Of a stretch of DNA of 57,189 nt, positions 19,736 to 29,807 are shown one piece after another. The DNA is from a bacterium (lineage in GTDB: Bacteria > Krumholzibacteriota > Krumholzibacteriia > LZORAL124-64-63): contig JANOEP010000022.1 of assembly GCA_031441465.1 (NCBI GenBank), positions 1-57,189 of the forward strand. The letters run 5' to 3'. Both the position numbers and the translations under genes were made by a program. How positions within the stretch are numbered: position 1 is the first letter of the stretch; every line of letters starts with the position of its first letter. The notes under the pieces were generated by a model. The model saw only the letters and a list, made by a program, of their open reading frames with translations, was not told the origin of the DNA and did not search any database.

Positions 19736-19901
19736 GGCGGCAACTCCGGGTTGAACCACGGGGGCGGGGGTCCACCGAATCTAGCATTTGAATCCCTGAT
19801 TTCAAAGGCCCGCCACGCCATCCCGGGATGTGTTAGAATCGTGGAAATTCCCCGACCCTGCCTGCGGCAGGTCGGCCCCACGACGACAGGAGATGATGGC
19901 G

Positions 19902-22562
19902 ATGCGCACTTTACGACACCGCGGACACCCGGGTCTCCGCATCACGCTGGCCCTGCTGCTCGTCCTGGCCGCGGCCTTCACCGCCCGCGCCAGCGTGCTC
20001 ATCAACGAGACAGACGCCGACAACCCGGGCACCGACACGCTCGAGTTCGTCGAGCTCTACGGCACGCCGAACGAGTCGCTGACCGGCAAGGTCCTGGTCC
20101 TCTACAACGGCTCCAACGACCTGTCCTACGCCGCCTACGACCTCGACGGCTACAGCCTGAACGCCAGCGGCTTCTTCCTGCTGGGCAACGCCGCCGTGAC
20201 GCCCACGCCCTCGATCGTCTTCGCGAACAACTTCCTGCAGAACGGGCAGGACGCCGTGGCCCTCTACACGGCCAACGGCGCCGACTTCCCGAACAACACG
20301 CCGGTCACGACGGCCAACCTCGTCGACGCGATCGTCTACGACACCTCCGACGCCGACGATCCCAGCCTGCTGGTGCTGCTGAACCCCGGCGAGCCCCAGA
20401 TCGACGAGAACGCCAACGCCAGCGGCGTCACCGACTCCTGCCAGCGCAGCCCCGACGGCGCCGGCGGCGGCAGGGTGACCTCGTCCTACGTCGTCCAGCC
20501 GCCGACCCCGGGCGCCTCCAACGGCGGCGTCGTCCTGCAGGCCCCCGACGTGGCCAACGTCTACCACCGCAGCCTGCTGCCGGTGCCGGGCGAGGCGGCC
20601 ACCGTCTACGCCGACGCCACCGACAGCGACGGCACGATCACCGAGGTGCGCGTGTACTGGCAGGTCAACGGTGCCGGCGCGACTTCGGCCGCGATGACCC
20701 TGTCCGAGGGTTCCACCTACACCGGGACGATCCCCGGCGCCGCCACCGGCGCCCTGGTCGAGTACTTCGTCGAGGCCACCGACAACGACGGCCTGTTCGG
20801 CACCGGCCCCGCGACCGGTTTCTACAGCTACACCGTCGCCCCGGAGACCATCACGCCCATCGCCTCGGTGCACGCCGACTCGCTCGGCTTCGCCGGCGAC
20901 GTCATCATGGTCCAGGGCCAGGTCTACATCCCCGGCGACTACAAGGCCGACGGCACCAGCGTCAGCGCCTACATCCAGGACACCGCGGGCCGCGGCCTGA
21001 ACATCTTCGGCACGACCCGCAGCACCGGTGCGGCGCTGCTGAACTCCACCGGCAACCTCGTGAAGGTCACCGGCACGGCCTACTGGTTCGGCACCACGGT
21101 CGAGCTGGTCAACTACGAGGTCGAGCTGGTCAGCAGCGGCAACGCGCCGCTCGCGCCCGCCCTGCAGACCACGGCCGCCGCGGCCGCCGCCGCCAACGAG
21201 GGCTCCTACGTCGCGGCGGTGGGCCCGATCACGGCCATCTCCGCCACCACCGGCACCAACCCCGCCCACAACTTCACGATCAACGACGGCTCCGGCCCCG
21301 TGGTCGTGCGCGTGGACGACGACCTCGCCCCCGGCCTGGAGACCTGGCTGGTGGGCGACGAGTTGGAGGCCGCCGGCGCCGGCGGCCATTTCGGCACCGA
21401 CGGCCAGATCATCGCGGGCCTCGCGACCGACCTGGCGAACAACGGCCAGGGCCCCGACGTGACGCCGCCGACGCTGGTCTCCGCGGCGCTCGACGGCACC
21501 GTCGACGTGCTGGTGCAGTTCAGCGAGGGCGTCGGGCTGACGACGGCCGAGACCGAGGCGAACTACGCGGTCTACCAGACGGCCGCTCCCGGCAACATGG
21601 TCGCGGTCCTGTCCGCGGTCCGGCAGGCCGACTTCTCGCAGGTGCTGCTGACGGTGGCCACCTCGCTAGTCGGTACGCCGCACACCGTGCGCGTGAACAA
21701 CGTCCAGGACCTCGCGGGCAACCCGATCGCGGCGAACTCCACCGCCCCGATCAGCGATCTCGGGCCGCTGCCGCAGATCGTGGTCACCGAGATCATGCAG
21801 AACCCGCTGGTCCTGCTGGACGCGGACGGCGAGTGGTTCGAGATCCGCAACGCCGGCACCACAGCCGTCGACCTCAACGGTTGGACGATCAAGGATCTGG
21901 GCACCGACAGCCACGTCATCGCCAACGGCGGTCCGCTGGTCATCAACCCCGGCGAGTACAAAGTGCTGGGCATCGATGCCGCCGCCATGCTCGGCGAGGG
22001 CGTCACGCTCTTCTACCAGTACGCGAGCTTCACCCTGGGCAACGCCGACGACGAGCTGATCCTCGTCGACACGCTCGGCCGCGAGGTCGACGTGGTGATG
22101 TGGGACGGCGGCACGGTGTGGCCGGATCCGAGCGGCGCCTCGATGGCCTGGTCAGGCACCGGCGACAACAACGTCGGCACCAACTGGGCCACCAGCACCG
22201 CGGTCTTCGGCACCGGCGACTTCGGCACCCCGGGCGCGTCCAACGGCGGCCCCACCGGCGTGCCCGTGCCCGCGACGGCGACAGCGCTGGGCGCCAACCA
22301 CCCCAACCCCTTCAACCCCAGCACGAAGTTCAGCTTCGCGCTGGACCGCGACGCGACGGTGTCCCTGGCGGTCTTCGACCTCCGCGGCCACCGCGTGCGC
22401 ACCGTGGTCGAGGGGCGGCTGTCCGCCGGCGACTACGCAGGCGTCTACGGCTGGGACGGCCGCGACGACCAGGGCCGCGCGGTCACCAGCGGTACGTACT
22501 TCTACCGGCTGACGACGGACGGGGGGTTCGCGGAGTCGCGCAAGATGACGCTTTTGAAGTAA
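19902..22562 (+). CDS. Secreted multidomain protein: lamin-tail domains, OB-like and Ig-like segments, C-terminal FlgD-type domain (about 886 aa)
   Basis: AGGAG RBS (start may instead be 19893 or 19896). LTD motifs INETDAD...EFVELY and VTEIMQNP...EWFEI, two TPGASN ends, C-terminal PNPFNP...WDGRD...SGTY...KMTLLK. Confidence 0.88.
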   Translation: MRTLRHRGHPGLRITLALLLVLAAAFTARASVLINETDADNPGTDTLEFVELYGTPNESLTGKVLVLYNGSNDLSYAAYDLDGYSLNASGFFLLGNAAVTPTPSIVFANNFLQNGQDAVALYTANGADFPNNTPVTTANLVDAIVYDTSDADDPSLLVLLNPGEPQIDENANASGVTDSCQRSPDGAGGGRVTSSYVVQPPTPGASNGGVVLQAPDVANVYHRSLLPVPGEAATVYADATDSDGTITEVRVYWQVNGAGATSAAMTLSEGSTYTGTIPGAATGALVEYFVEATDNDGLFGTGPATGFYSYTVAPETITPIASVHADSLGFAGDVIMVQGQVYIPGDYKADGTSVSAYIQDTAGRGLNIFGTTRSTGAALLNSTGNLVKVTGTAYWFGTTVELVNYEVELVSSGNAPLAPALQTTAAAAAAANEGSYVAAVGPITAISATTGTNPAHNFTINDGSGPVVVRVDDDLAPGLETWLVGDELEAAGAGGHFGTDGQIIAGLATDLANNGQGPDVTPPTLVSAALDGTVDVLVQFSEGVGLTTAETEANYAVYQTAAPGNMVAVLSAVRQADFSQVLLTVATSLVGTPHTVRVNNVQDLAGNPIAANSTAPISDLGPLPQIVVTEIMQNPLVLLDADGEWFEIRNAGTTAVDLNGWTIKDLGTDSHVIANGGPLVINPGEYKVLGIDAAAMLGEGVTLFYQYASFTLGNADDELILVDTLGREVDVVMWDGGTVWPDPSGASMAWSGTGDNNVGTNWATSTAVFGTGDFGTPGASNGGPTGVPVPATATALGANHPNPFNPSTKFSFALDRDATVSLAVFDLRGHRVRTVVEGRLSAGDYAGVYGWDGRDDQGRAVTSGTYFYRLTTDGGFAESRKMTLLK

Positions 22563-22598
22563 CAGCAAGCAGTTAGCCGTTCATAGCGCGCGTCTCTC

Positions 22599-22628
22599 GA
22601 GGCCCCGGCCGGCAACGGCCGGGGCCTC
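22599..22628 (+). terminator. GC-rich hairpin, probable terminator
   Basis: GAGGCCCCGGCCG-gcaa-CGGCCGGGGCCTC, a perfect 13-bp stem 36 nt after the stop. No clear U-tract. Confidence 0.65.
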
Positions 22629-22777
22629 TCCGTGCGACCCCAGGGAAGTGTGGCCGCGACGCCCTCCCGATCCCCGCCCAGCTTTCTTGAAATCATGTAT
22701 TCAATAGTGATACGATCGGGCGCGCCGAACCAGGGGTTGGACGGCGCCTCGGTCCCCTCGCGTCGGGAGGTCGTGTC

Positions 22778-23260
22778 ATGAAGCGGCAGCTTGTGATCCT
22801 GATCCTGATCATCGTCTGCGGCCTGACGGCCGGGACAGTCGTGGTGGCGGGAGCGCCCCCCGAGCCGGCGGCGCCGGTCGTCGCGGATCCCGACGGGGTG
22901 GAGACGACGGCGACGGCAGCCGTGGCCCAGCGAGAGCCGGAGAGCCTCACACCCTGCCAGCAGGCGATCCGCGCGCTGCTGGACCGGGAGGCGGCGCAGC
23001 TCGCCGCGCTGGAGGCGCGGGTGCCGGCTGCGGCCGACGGGGCGGCCTTCCTGTCGCTGCAGCGGGAGATCGAGCAGGTGAAGCAGGACACCGAACTGCA
23101 GGTCATGCGCACGCAGGCGGAGCACGCGCGGCTGGAGGGGCGTGTCGAGCAGGCGGAGCGGATCGAGGCGGCGCTGGCGGAGATGGCGGCGCCGCAACCG
23201 GCGATCGTGCCGGTGGAGCGTCATGACGAGGCGCCGCGCGGCGACGCGGCGCGGCGCTAG
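22778..23260 (+). CDS. Small secreted helical/coiled-coil hypothetical protein (160 aa)
   Basis: GGGAGG RBS, signal peptide, E/A/R/Q-rich helical body. Its stop overlaps the RBS of the next gene. Confidence 0.85.
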   Translation: MKRQLVILILIIVCGLTAGTVVVAGAPPEPAAPVVADPDGVETTATAAVAQREPESLTPCQQAIRALLDREAAQLAALEARVPAAADGAAFLSLQREIEQVKQDTELQVMRTQAEHARLEGRVEQAERIEAALAEMAAPQPAIVPVERHDEAPRGDAARR

Positions 23261-23272
23261 GAGGTGGGCACG

Positions 23273-26200
23273 ATGCGTGGAACCAGCCTGTCGATGCTGA
23301 CGGCCGGCCTCCTGCTGGTCGTCTTCGCGGCCGCCGCGGCGACTTCCCCGCTCACGCCGCCGGCGGGCGGGCGGACCGCCGGAGCGGCAGTCGTGCGCCC
23401 GGACACGATCCGGGTCGTGCGGGCGCCGGTGGAGGTGCCGCCCGGTCGCGGCGCGCGGATCGTGCAGCCACCCGCCGCGGCGCCGTCCGTCACGGCGAAG
23501 GACGGCGAGAGGGACTACAGCCTCACCGTTCGGGGCCGTCTCGTCTACCAGCGCCAGGACGGCCGTTGGGCCGGCGTGGACGGGATCATGGTCGAGATCT
23601 GGGACGATGACGGCTGGTGGGGTCCCGAGCAGCTGTCGTCCACCTACACGGACGCGGACGGCTACTTCAGCCGGACGTTCAACTACACCAACGGCGCCGA
23701 CGATCCGGACATCTGGTTGATGATCAGGGGCTGGAGCGAGCACGCCTACCTGAGGACGGAGGACGGCGGCTATGGTCACGGCTATGGCTGGTCCACCGGC
23801 ATCGTCGAGAACTACGGCGGCACCGATCTCGATTGGGGCACCCTCACCATCACCGAGGAGAGGGAGATGTGCGTGCTGCACCTCCTGTCCACGCTGACGC
23901 GGGTGCACCGCTGGATCGAGGAACACGGCGGGGGCGACGCGCCACACGTCACGCTGGTGTGGCCGGGCTGGGATTCCACCCATCCCGACTATTACGACGA
24001 CACGATCTCCATCTGCTGCGGCCACCAGTGGCGCGAGGACACGCTCGCCTTCCTGTACGGCCACCACTGGCTGACCCACTTCTCCGCGCATCCGTGGAGC
24101 GACCTTTGCAACGGGGTCTGCGACGGGGACGACTACTGCAGCAGTTGCTACTGGTGCGGAGAGAACCCGGCCGGCGCCTACCTCGCCGGTTGGAGCGACT
24201 GGCTGGCCGACGCCTTCACCCGCTCGCTGGAGGACGACTACGGCCTGGACGCGCTCTGGCACCGCGACTTCGAATCGCTCGACACCTGCGAGGGCAGCTA
24301 CGCCGACCCGCTGAACTCCGAGGGGTTCACGGCGGCGGTGCTGCGCGACATCGAAGACGGCGAGCAGGACGCGCACGGCGTCTACGGCGACTGGCGCGAC
24401 GCACTGGCGCTCGGCCCGCAGGAGATCTTCACGGTCGCCAATCTCGATCGGCCCGTCTCGTCCCTGGAGTTCCTGCGCGACTACGCCGCGCGCTACCCGG
24501 CGCGCGTCCGCGACCTGTGGGAGACGGGGAAAAACTGCGGGCTGGACATCGACGAGGAGAAACCGGGCGCGGTCTCGGGCCTCACCTCGAGCCACCCGGT
24601 CGGCTCCAACTCACCCGACCGCACCGTGGAGTTCTTCTGGACGAACGCCGACGACGACGTCTCCGGCCTCGCCGGCTACGGCCTCACCCTGTCGACGGCC
24701 GCGCCCGCCCTGCCGGCGGCCACGCAGGACATCCCGGTCTGGAACCACTACACCTCCGCGATCCTGGCGCCGGGGACGTATTACTTCTGCATCCGCGCCG
24801 TCGACCGCGACGGGCGCTGGAGCGACGATTACGTCTCCTACGGCCCGTTCACACTCCGTGCCGCCGATCCGGCCGATCTGGCGCCGTACCTGGCCGCCGG
24901 CTGGGCGCGCGAGTTGGTGCCGCGCGCGACCAACGACGCCACCTCCACGAGCGTGACCGAGCCGACCTCGCTCGCCGGCAACAGCGCCGCCACGTACTGG
25001 AACGTGCGCGGACGCAACAGCGGCGAGCTGGCCACTTCGAGCGGCTTCCACGTGGGGCTGGCCGTCGACGGCGCGGGGCTGGCGGGGCTTTCGTACGGCG
25101 CCGTCGGCGCCGGCGTCTCCTACTACGCGATCAACCGCGGTCCGCTGACGATCCGCGGGGGGCGCCACACCTTCGAGGCGCAGCACGATGACCTCGGCGC
25201 GCTGTCGGAGCCGGACGAGGTCGACAACTTCTGGGCCCACCAGTGGGTCTGGACGCCGCTGACGCTGACGTCCGGCACGCTTGTCACGCGCGCCGCGCCG
25301 CCGAGCCGGGCCGGCGGCTGGAGCTCGGTCGTCGACGGCTCGACCACCTGGTACAACTGCGACGGGTTGCGCTTCAGCTCGAGCGGCGAGTGGAACGCCG
25401 TTGTGACCCGGCCGCTGGTCGCGACCGAGGACTACGACTGCCGCCTGCACGCGGCCTCGACCGGGTCTGGCAACGGCTTCGCCGCCAACGTCGGCTACTC
25501 CGCCCGCGGGGTCGGTTTGACCGACGCCGTGCTGGTCAACCGCAACGAGGTGGGTCTGCACGACTACGACGTCGGCGTCGTCCAGGGCAGCGAGGGCGGC
25601 GGCGACTACCAGGCGGAACATGTGACCAGCACGCTGATGGCGGTCGGCGACTCCACGGCGACGACGCTGCCGCTGAACCACATGCTGCTGCTGCGCGAGT
25701 TCTCCGTGACGGCGGCCGACACAGGCTGGATCACCGTCACGGTGGACGTCGCGCCCGCGCTGGGCCCGGTCCAGGCCGCCTGGTTCGACGAGGACTTCAC
25801 GGTCGGCGACCTGCAGGACTTCAGCCTGGCGGTCGCCTCGAACCTCGCGGGGCGGGCGCGCATGCACATGCGCGTCACCGGGATCGGCCACCACGGCCTG
25901 GCCGTCTACCGCGACCAGACCGGCGGCGCCGGCACGGCGGCCCTGCCGCTCGTCATCGAGATCGAGCGCACGCCGCCCGACTTCGAGCCGTACGAGGTCG
26001 CCGGCTGGCATTCGCCGATGGTGCCGCGGCCCGCCAACGACGGCACGGCCGGGTCGGTGGCGCTGCCGGACACCCTGCACGGCAACGCGACGGCGACGTA
26101 CTACAATTTCGCCTTCCGCAACAACAGCCCGAACGGATGGAACGACCCCGGCAACACGCCGCGGGCGACGGTGTGCCTGGACGGCGAGCCGGCGGTCACC

Positions 26201-27406
26201 TGGTCGTACACTTCGGTGACGCCGAACCAGGTGCGCACGACCAACTCCACGACGGCCCGCACCGTGCGCGGCGGCCGCCACACGCTAGCTCTGATGCTCG
26301 ACCGCAGCGCCACGATCGACGAGATCGACGAGAACGACAACGATTACGGCGAGCAGTACTGCTGGTCGCCCCTGGGCCTGGCGCTCGCCGCGCCCGTGGC
26401 GCGCGCGTCCCCGCCCGACCGCATCGGCGGCTGGGACGAGGTGCCTGCCGGCGTGGGGACCTGGTACAACTGCGACGGCCTGCGCCCCACCGTCGGCGGC
26501 GGTTACTGGGCCGGCGTCGCGGTGATGCCGGGCGCCGCCTCCGACGTCGACGTGCGGCTGCACCCGCAACTCGACGGCGCCCAGGACGGTTTCGCGGCCA
26601 ACCTGGCCATCTCGGGCTGGGGCGCCGGGCAGTCCGACTTCGTGCTGGTCAACTTCAACGCCACCCCCTTCGCCGCCTACGACGCGGGCGTGCTGCTGCA
26701 GAGCGGCGCCGAGGGGTACACGGCCGAAGGGGTGGCCTCGCTCTACTGCCCCGCCAACGACGATGGCACCTACGGGCCCTGGACGCTGCCCGCGAACCGG
26801 ATCCTCGACCTGCGGGAGTTCCGCCTGACGGCCGGGCTGTGGGCCTTCCGGCTGGACAACCTGTCGGGCGACGTGGACTGGGGGATCAGCCTGCATCCGG
26901 CGGATACGGCCTACCAGAAGAAGTCGACGCTCGTCACCGACGGCGCCGCGTGGCTGAATGGCGCGGGCCAGGACGAGTGGTTCACGGTGACGATCCCGAC
27001 GACGGACTACTACTGCCTGGCCGTCTGGAAGACCGGCGCCGCCGAACTCGCGAAGGCCGGCACGTACCGTCTGCGGATGCACGAAGGCGTCACCGGCGTC
27101 GACGACGGCACGCCGCCCGCGCCCAAGGCCACGGCACTGGTGTCGGTCCACCCGAACCCCTTCAACCCGCGGACGATGATCGCGTACGACCTCGCGACCA
27201 CGGGCCCGGTGAAGCTGGAGGTGTACGACCTGCGCGGCCTGCGGGTGCGGACCCTGGTGGCCGCGACGCGTCCGGCCGGGCGGCACGAGGCGGTCTGGGA
27301 TGGCCGCGACGACGCGAGTCAGGCGGTGGCGTGCGGGACGTACGTGGCGCGGCTCGAGGCGGCGCGAGGGCCGACGTCGACGCGCAAACTGGTGTTGCTG
27401 AAATAG
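23273..27406 (+). CDS. Large secreted protein: degenerate zincin-like domain, FN3-like domain, two ~368-aa repeats, FlgD-type C-terminus (1377 aa)
   Basis: AGGAGG RBS, signal peptide, FN3-like GTYYFCIRAVDRDGRWS, repeats starting DLAPY..GW (24875) and DFEPY..GW (25979), PNPFNP...KLVLLK. Confidence 0.88.
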   Translation: MRGTSLSMLTAGLLLVVFAAAAATSPLTPPAGGRTAGAAVVRPDTIRVVRAPVEVPPGRGARIVQPPAAAPSVTAKDGERDYSLTVRGRLVYQRQDGRWAGVDGIMVEIWDDDGWWGPEQLSSTYTDADGYFSRTFNYTNGADDPDIWLMIRGWSEHAYLRTEDGGYGHGYGWSTGIVENYGGTDLDWGTLTITEEREMCVLHLLSTLTRVHRWIEEHGGGDAPHVTLVWPGWDSTHPDYYDDTISICCGHQWREDTLAFLYGHHWLTHFSAHPWSDLCNGVCDGDDYCSSCYWCGENPAGAYLAGWSDWLADAFTRSLEDDYGLDALWHRDFESLDTCEGSYADPLNSEGFTAAVLRDIEDGEQDAHGVYGDWRDALALGPQEIFTVANLDRPVSSLEFLRDYAARYPARVRDLWETGKNCGLDIDEEKPGAVSGLTSSHPVGSNSPDRTVEFFWTNADDDVSGLAGYGLTLSTAAPALPAATQDIPVWNHYTSAILAPGTYYFCIRAVDRDGRWSDDYVSYGPFTLRAADPADLAPYLAAGWARELVPRATNDATSTSVTEPTSLAGNSAATYWNVRGRNSGELATSSGFHVGLAVDGAGLAGLSYGAVGAGVSYYAINRGPLTIRGGRHTFEAQHDDLGALSEPDEVDNFWAHQWVWTPLTLTSGTLVTRAAPPSRAGGWSSVVDGSTTWYNCDGLRFSSSGEWNAVVTRPLVATEDYDCRLHAASTGSGNGFAANVGYSARGVGLTDAVLVNRNEVGLHDYDVGVVQGSEGGGDYQAEHVTSTLMAVGDSTATTLPLNHMLLLREFSVTAADTGWITVTVDVAPALGPVQAAWFDEDFTVGDLQDFSLAVASNLAGRARMHMRVTGIGHHGLAVYRDQTGGAGTAALPLVIEIERTPPDFEPYEVAGWHSPMVPRPANDGTAGSVALPDTLHGNATATYYNFAFRNNSPNGWNDPGNTPRATVCLDGEPAVTWSYTSVTPNQVRTTNSTTARTVRGGRHTLALMLDRSATIDEIDENDNDYGEQYCWSPLGLALAAPVARASPPDRIGGWDEVPAGVGTWYNCDGLRPTVGGGYWAGVAVMPGAASDVDVRLHPQLDGAQDGFAANLAISGWGAGQSDFVLVNFNATPFAAYDAGVLLQSGAEGYTAEGVASLYCPANDDGTYGPWTLPANRILDLREFRLTAGLWAFRLDNLSGDVDWGISLHPADTAYQKKSTLVTDGAAWLNGAGQDEWFTVTIPTTDYYCLAVWKTGAAELAKAGTYRLRMHEGVTGVDDGTPPAPKATALVSVHPNPFNPRTMIAYDLATTGPVKLEVYDLRGLRVRTLVAATRPAGRHEAVWDGRDDASQAVACGTYVARLEAARGPTSTRKLVLLK

Positions 27407-27430
27407 GCGTATTCCCGAGTCAGGATAGGA

Positions 27431-27458
27431 GGGCGGGCGGGGGAGACCCCGCCCGTTC
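27431..27458 (+). repeat. 28-bp palindromic repeat, copy 1 (REP-like or terminator)
   Basis: GGGCGGGCGGGGGAGACCCCGCCCGTTC, 27/28 identical to 41143..41170. Confidence 0.8.
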
Positions 27459-27492
27459 CCGTGGCGGGCGGTCCGCGAACCGATATCCCGCA

Positions 27493-27522
27493 TTGAACCG
27501 TCGCCTCCGCGCCCCATATAAT
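27493..27522 (+). promoter_or_regulatory. Sigma70-type promoter for the NRAMP-like gene
   Basis: TTGAAC-N18-TATAAT, 86 nt upstream of ATG 27609. Confidence 0.6.
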
Positions 27523-27608
27523 CCCGCGGCTCGGCGAACGTAGCCCACGGATTTCACGTCGGGATTCGATTCCCATCCCTAGGTCGTGTGCGGAGGAGGT
27601 CGCGGTCC

Positions 27609-28931
27609 ATGAAGGGTAGCGACTCCGACCACGAGTTCGACGAAGGTCCGGCGGTCGAATCCCCCCCGACGAACAGAGTGCGGCGCTTCTTCACCGATCT
27701 CGGACCCGGCCTGATCGCCGGCGCCGCCGACGACGACCCGTCGGGCATCTCGACCTATTCGGTGACCGGCGCCTCCTTCGGCTACATGCCGCTGTGGACG
27801 GCGCTCTTGTCGTTCCCGCTGATGGCCGCCGTCCAGCTGATGTGCGCGCGATTGGGACTGGTGACGGGGCGGGGGCTGGCAGGCGTCGTGCGGCTCCATT
27901 ACCCGCGGTGGGTGCTGTGGTCCGCGTGCGCGCTGCTGATCGTGGCCAACGTCTTCAATATCGGCGCCGACCTCGGCGGCATGGCCGAGGCGACCGAGAT
28001 GATGACGGGGATCAAGTCGTATTACTGGTCCCCTTTCTACGCCGTCCTGGTCGTCCTGCTGCTCTTCTATTCGTCATACCGCCGATTCGTCCGCGTGTTC
28101 AAGTGGCTGACGATGGTCCTGTTCGCCTACATCGCGGCGGCCTTCCTCGCCAAGCCGGACTGGCACGCCGTTCTGAGCGCGACCTTCAAGCCCCACGTCG
28201 AATGGTCGGGTGTGTTCCTGGCCACCTTCGTCGGCATCCTCGGCACGACCATCTCGCCCTACCTGTTCTTCTGGCAGGCGTCCCAGGAGGTCGAAGACGA
28301 GCGCGCGCAGGGGAGGGTCACGATCAAGCAGCGGGAGGGCGCGACCGCCAGGGAACTGAAAGTCGCCCGCACGGATGTCGTCACGGGGATGTTCTTTTCC
28401 AACCTCATCATGTACTTCATCATCCTGACGACGGCGGCGACGCTCCACGCAAGCGGACAGACCGACATCCAGACGGCGCGGGACGCGGCCGAGGCGCTGC
28501 GTCCCCTGGCCGGAGACGGGGCCTACCTGCTGTTCACGCTCGGGCTGATCGGCACCGGGATCCTCGCCATTCCCGTCCTCGCGGGCTCGGCCGCCTATGC
28601 GGTGGCGGAAGCGGCGTCGTGGCGAAACACCCTGCAGGACAAACCGCGACGGTCGCGCAAGTTCTATGCGTTGATCGCGGTCGCGATGCTGCTGGGCCTG
28701 GCGATGGACTTCGTGGGGTTCAACGCCGTGAAGATGCTCTTCTACGCAGCGGTGCTCAACGGCGTGCTGGCGCCGCCCCTGATCGTCCTGGTCATCCTGC
28801 TGACGAGCAGCTCGAGGGTCATGGGCGCCCGCGTCAGCTCGCGCCCGCTGCGCTGCCTCGGGTGGGCGACGGTGACGATCATGACCGTCGCCGGCATCGC
28901 CCTGATCGCGACCGTGGTGCCTTGGCACTGA
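27609..28931 (+). CDS. NRAMP/SLC11-related divalent metal transporter (440 aa)
   Basis: GGAGGAGG RBS, LGPGLIAGAADDDPSGI, ARLGLVTGRGL, GTTISPYLFFWQ, about 11 hydrophobic segments. Confidence 0.9.
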   Translation: MKGSDSDHEFDEGPAVESPPTNRVRRFFTDLGPGLIAGAADDDPSGISTYSVTGASFGYMPLWTALLSFPLMAAVQLMCARLGLVTGRGLAGVVRLHYPRWVLWSACALLIVANVFNIGADLGGMAEATEMMTGIKSYYWSPFYAVLVVLLLFYSSYRRFVRVFKWLTMVLFAYIAAAFLAKPDWHAVLSATFKPHVEWSGVFLATFVGILGTTISPYLFFWQASQEVEDERAQGRVTIKQREGATARELKVARTDVVTGMFFSNLIMYFIILTTAATLHASGQTDIQTARDAAEALRPLAGDGAYLLFTLGLIGTGILAIPVLAGSAAYAVAEAASWRNTLQDKPRRSRKFYALIAVAMLLGLAMDFVGFNAVKMLFYAAVLNGVLAPPLIVLVILLTSSSRVMGARVSSRPLRCLGWATVTIMTVAGIALIATVVPWH

Positions 28932-29269
28932 TCCTGCGCATCTTCGCCGAATGCGAGAGCGGGGAGCGGGCGACGGAGATCGAAAGCGACCTCGCCGCGG
29001 CGCTCGCCGGCTTCCGCCCGGTCGCGGGCATGGAACCTGCGCACTACCGGAAACTGCCAGAACTGTTCGAGTTCTCCTACGATCTGTCACCCGGCACGCG
29101 GGCGACCTTCGACGCCGTTCTGGCGCGTGCCACAGACGGCTGGGTCCACACAGGGGACGAGTAGCACAGCTCGTCGGTCTGGAATCGTACGCCGGGCTGG
29201 ATGTTCCTGTCGCCGGTGGTGAGGTGGGCCGAGCTGATCCGGTTCGACGAGAGTGGGCGGGAGCCATGA
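28928..29269 (+). pseudogene. Probable gene remnant lacking a start codon, with an in-frame TAG at 29162..29164
   Basis: Protein-like reading LILRIFAECE...YRKLPELFEFSYDL...GWVHTGDE*HSSSVWNRTPGWMFLSPVVRWAELIRF continues past the TAG to TGA 29267..29269. Confidence 0.5.
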
Positions 29270-29379
29270 CGAACCTCATTAATGCCATTAGTATATAAAG
29301 ACCATATCGGGAGGCGCGGCTCGAGCGCAAGGCGTCTTGATCTCCGATGTGGGCGCGAGCCCTGAAAGGAGACCCGACC

Positions 29380-29775
29380 ATGAACAGGAAACAACACCGG
29401 TGGTTGCCGCTGCTGCTGGCGGTCATTCTGCTCGCGGGGTGCGGGGACGACGAACCCGCCCGCACGCTCACCGGGACCTGGGATCTCGTCGGCTTCACCG
29501 ACCACGGCGTCGCGGGGACCGCGACCGGCGACGGCACGTTCGGCGGGGGCGGCGATTTCGAGATCACCGGCGAGGTCACGTATCCCAGCGAGCCAGCCGA
29601 CCCGATCACCATGAGCGGGGCCTGGAGCCAGATCGGCGACAGGGTGACGCTGACGACCCTCATGGATTCAACGGAGTGGATCGTCCGCTTCACGGGCGAC
29701 CAGGCGACGCTGACGCTGGTCGGCGACGAGCCCACGAACGTGATCGCGCTCTGCTGCCGGGCTCCCGCCAGCTAA
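29380..29775 (+). CDS. Lipocalin-like lipoprotein (131 aa)
   Basis: AAAGGAG RBS, lipobox LLAGC, LTGTWDL, beta-strand pattern. Confidence 0.8.
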   Translation: MNRKQHRWLPLLLAVILLAGCGDDEPARTLTGTWDLVGFTDHGVAGTATGDGTFGGGGDFEITGEVTYPSEPADPITMSGAWSQIGDRVTLTTLMDSTEWIVRFTGDQATLTLVGDEPTNVIALCCRAPAS

Positions 29776-29807
29776 TCAGCGCCACATAACCGAGAGGAGA
29801 ACCCGAA

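Noticed and set aside
17594..22576. 1660-aa ORF and other very long overlapping ORFs (for example 6504..9488, 13405..16179, 38529..41264, and the N-terminal parts of 8481..12251, 5494..9396 and 15771..19805)
   Set aside because: These are shadow frames typical of high-GC DNA: Arg/Gly/Pro-rich, without motifs, and overlapping well-supported genes. The true starts were reassigned.
27561..27574. GGGATTCGATTCCC resembling a tRNA T-arm or a riboswitch in the NRAMP leader
   Set aside because: The loop geometry is not canonical and I could not build a cloverleaf or a recognisable yybP-ykoY or M-box fold. An Infernal scan would settle it.
29162..29164. Pyrrolysine or recoded TAG read-through
   Set aside because: TAG is used as a normal stop elsewhere in the window (for example 23260, 27406, 33556), no pyl genes are present, and the ORF also lacks a start.
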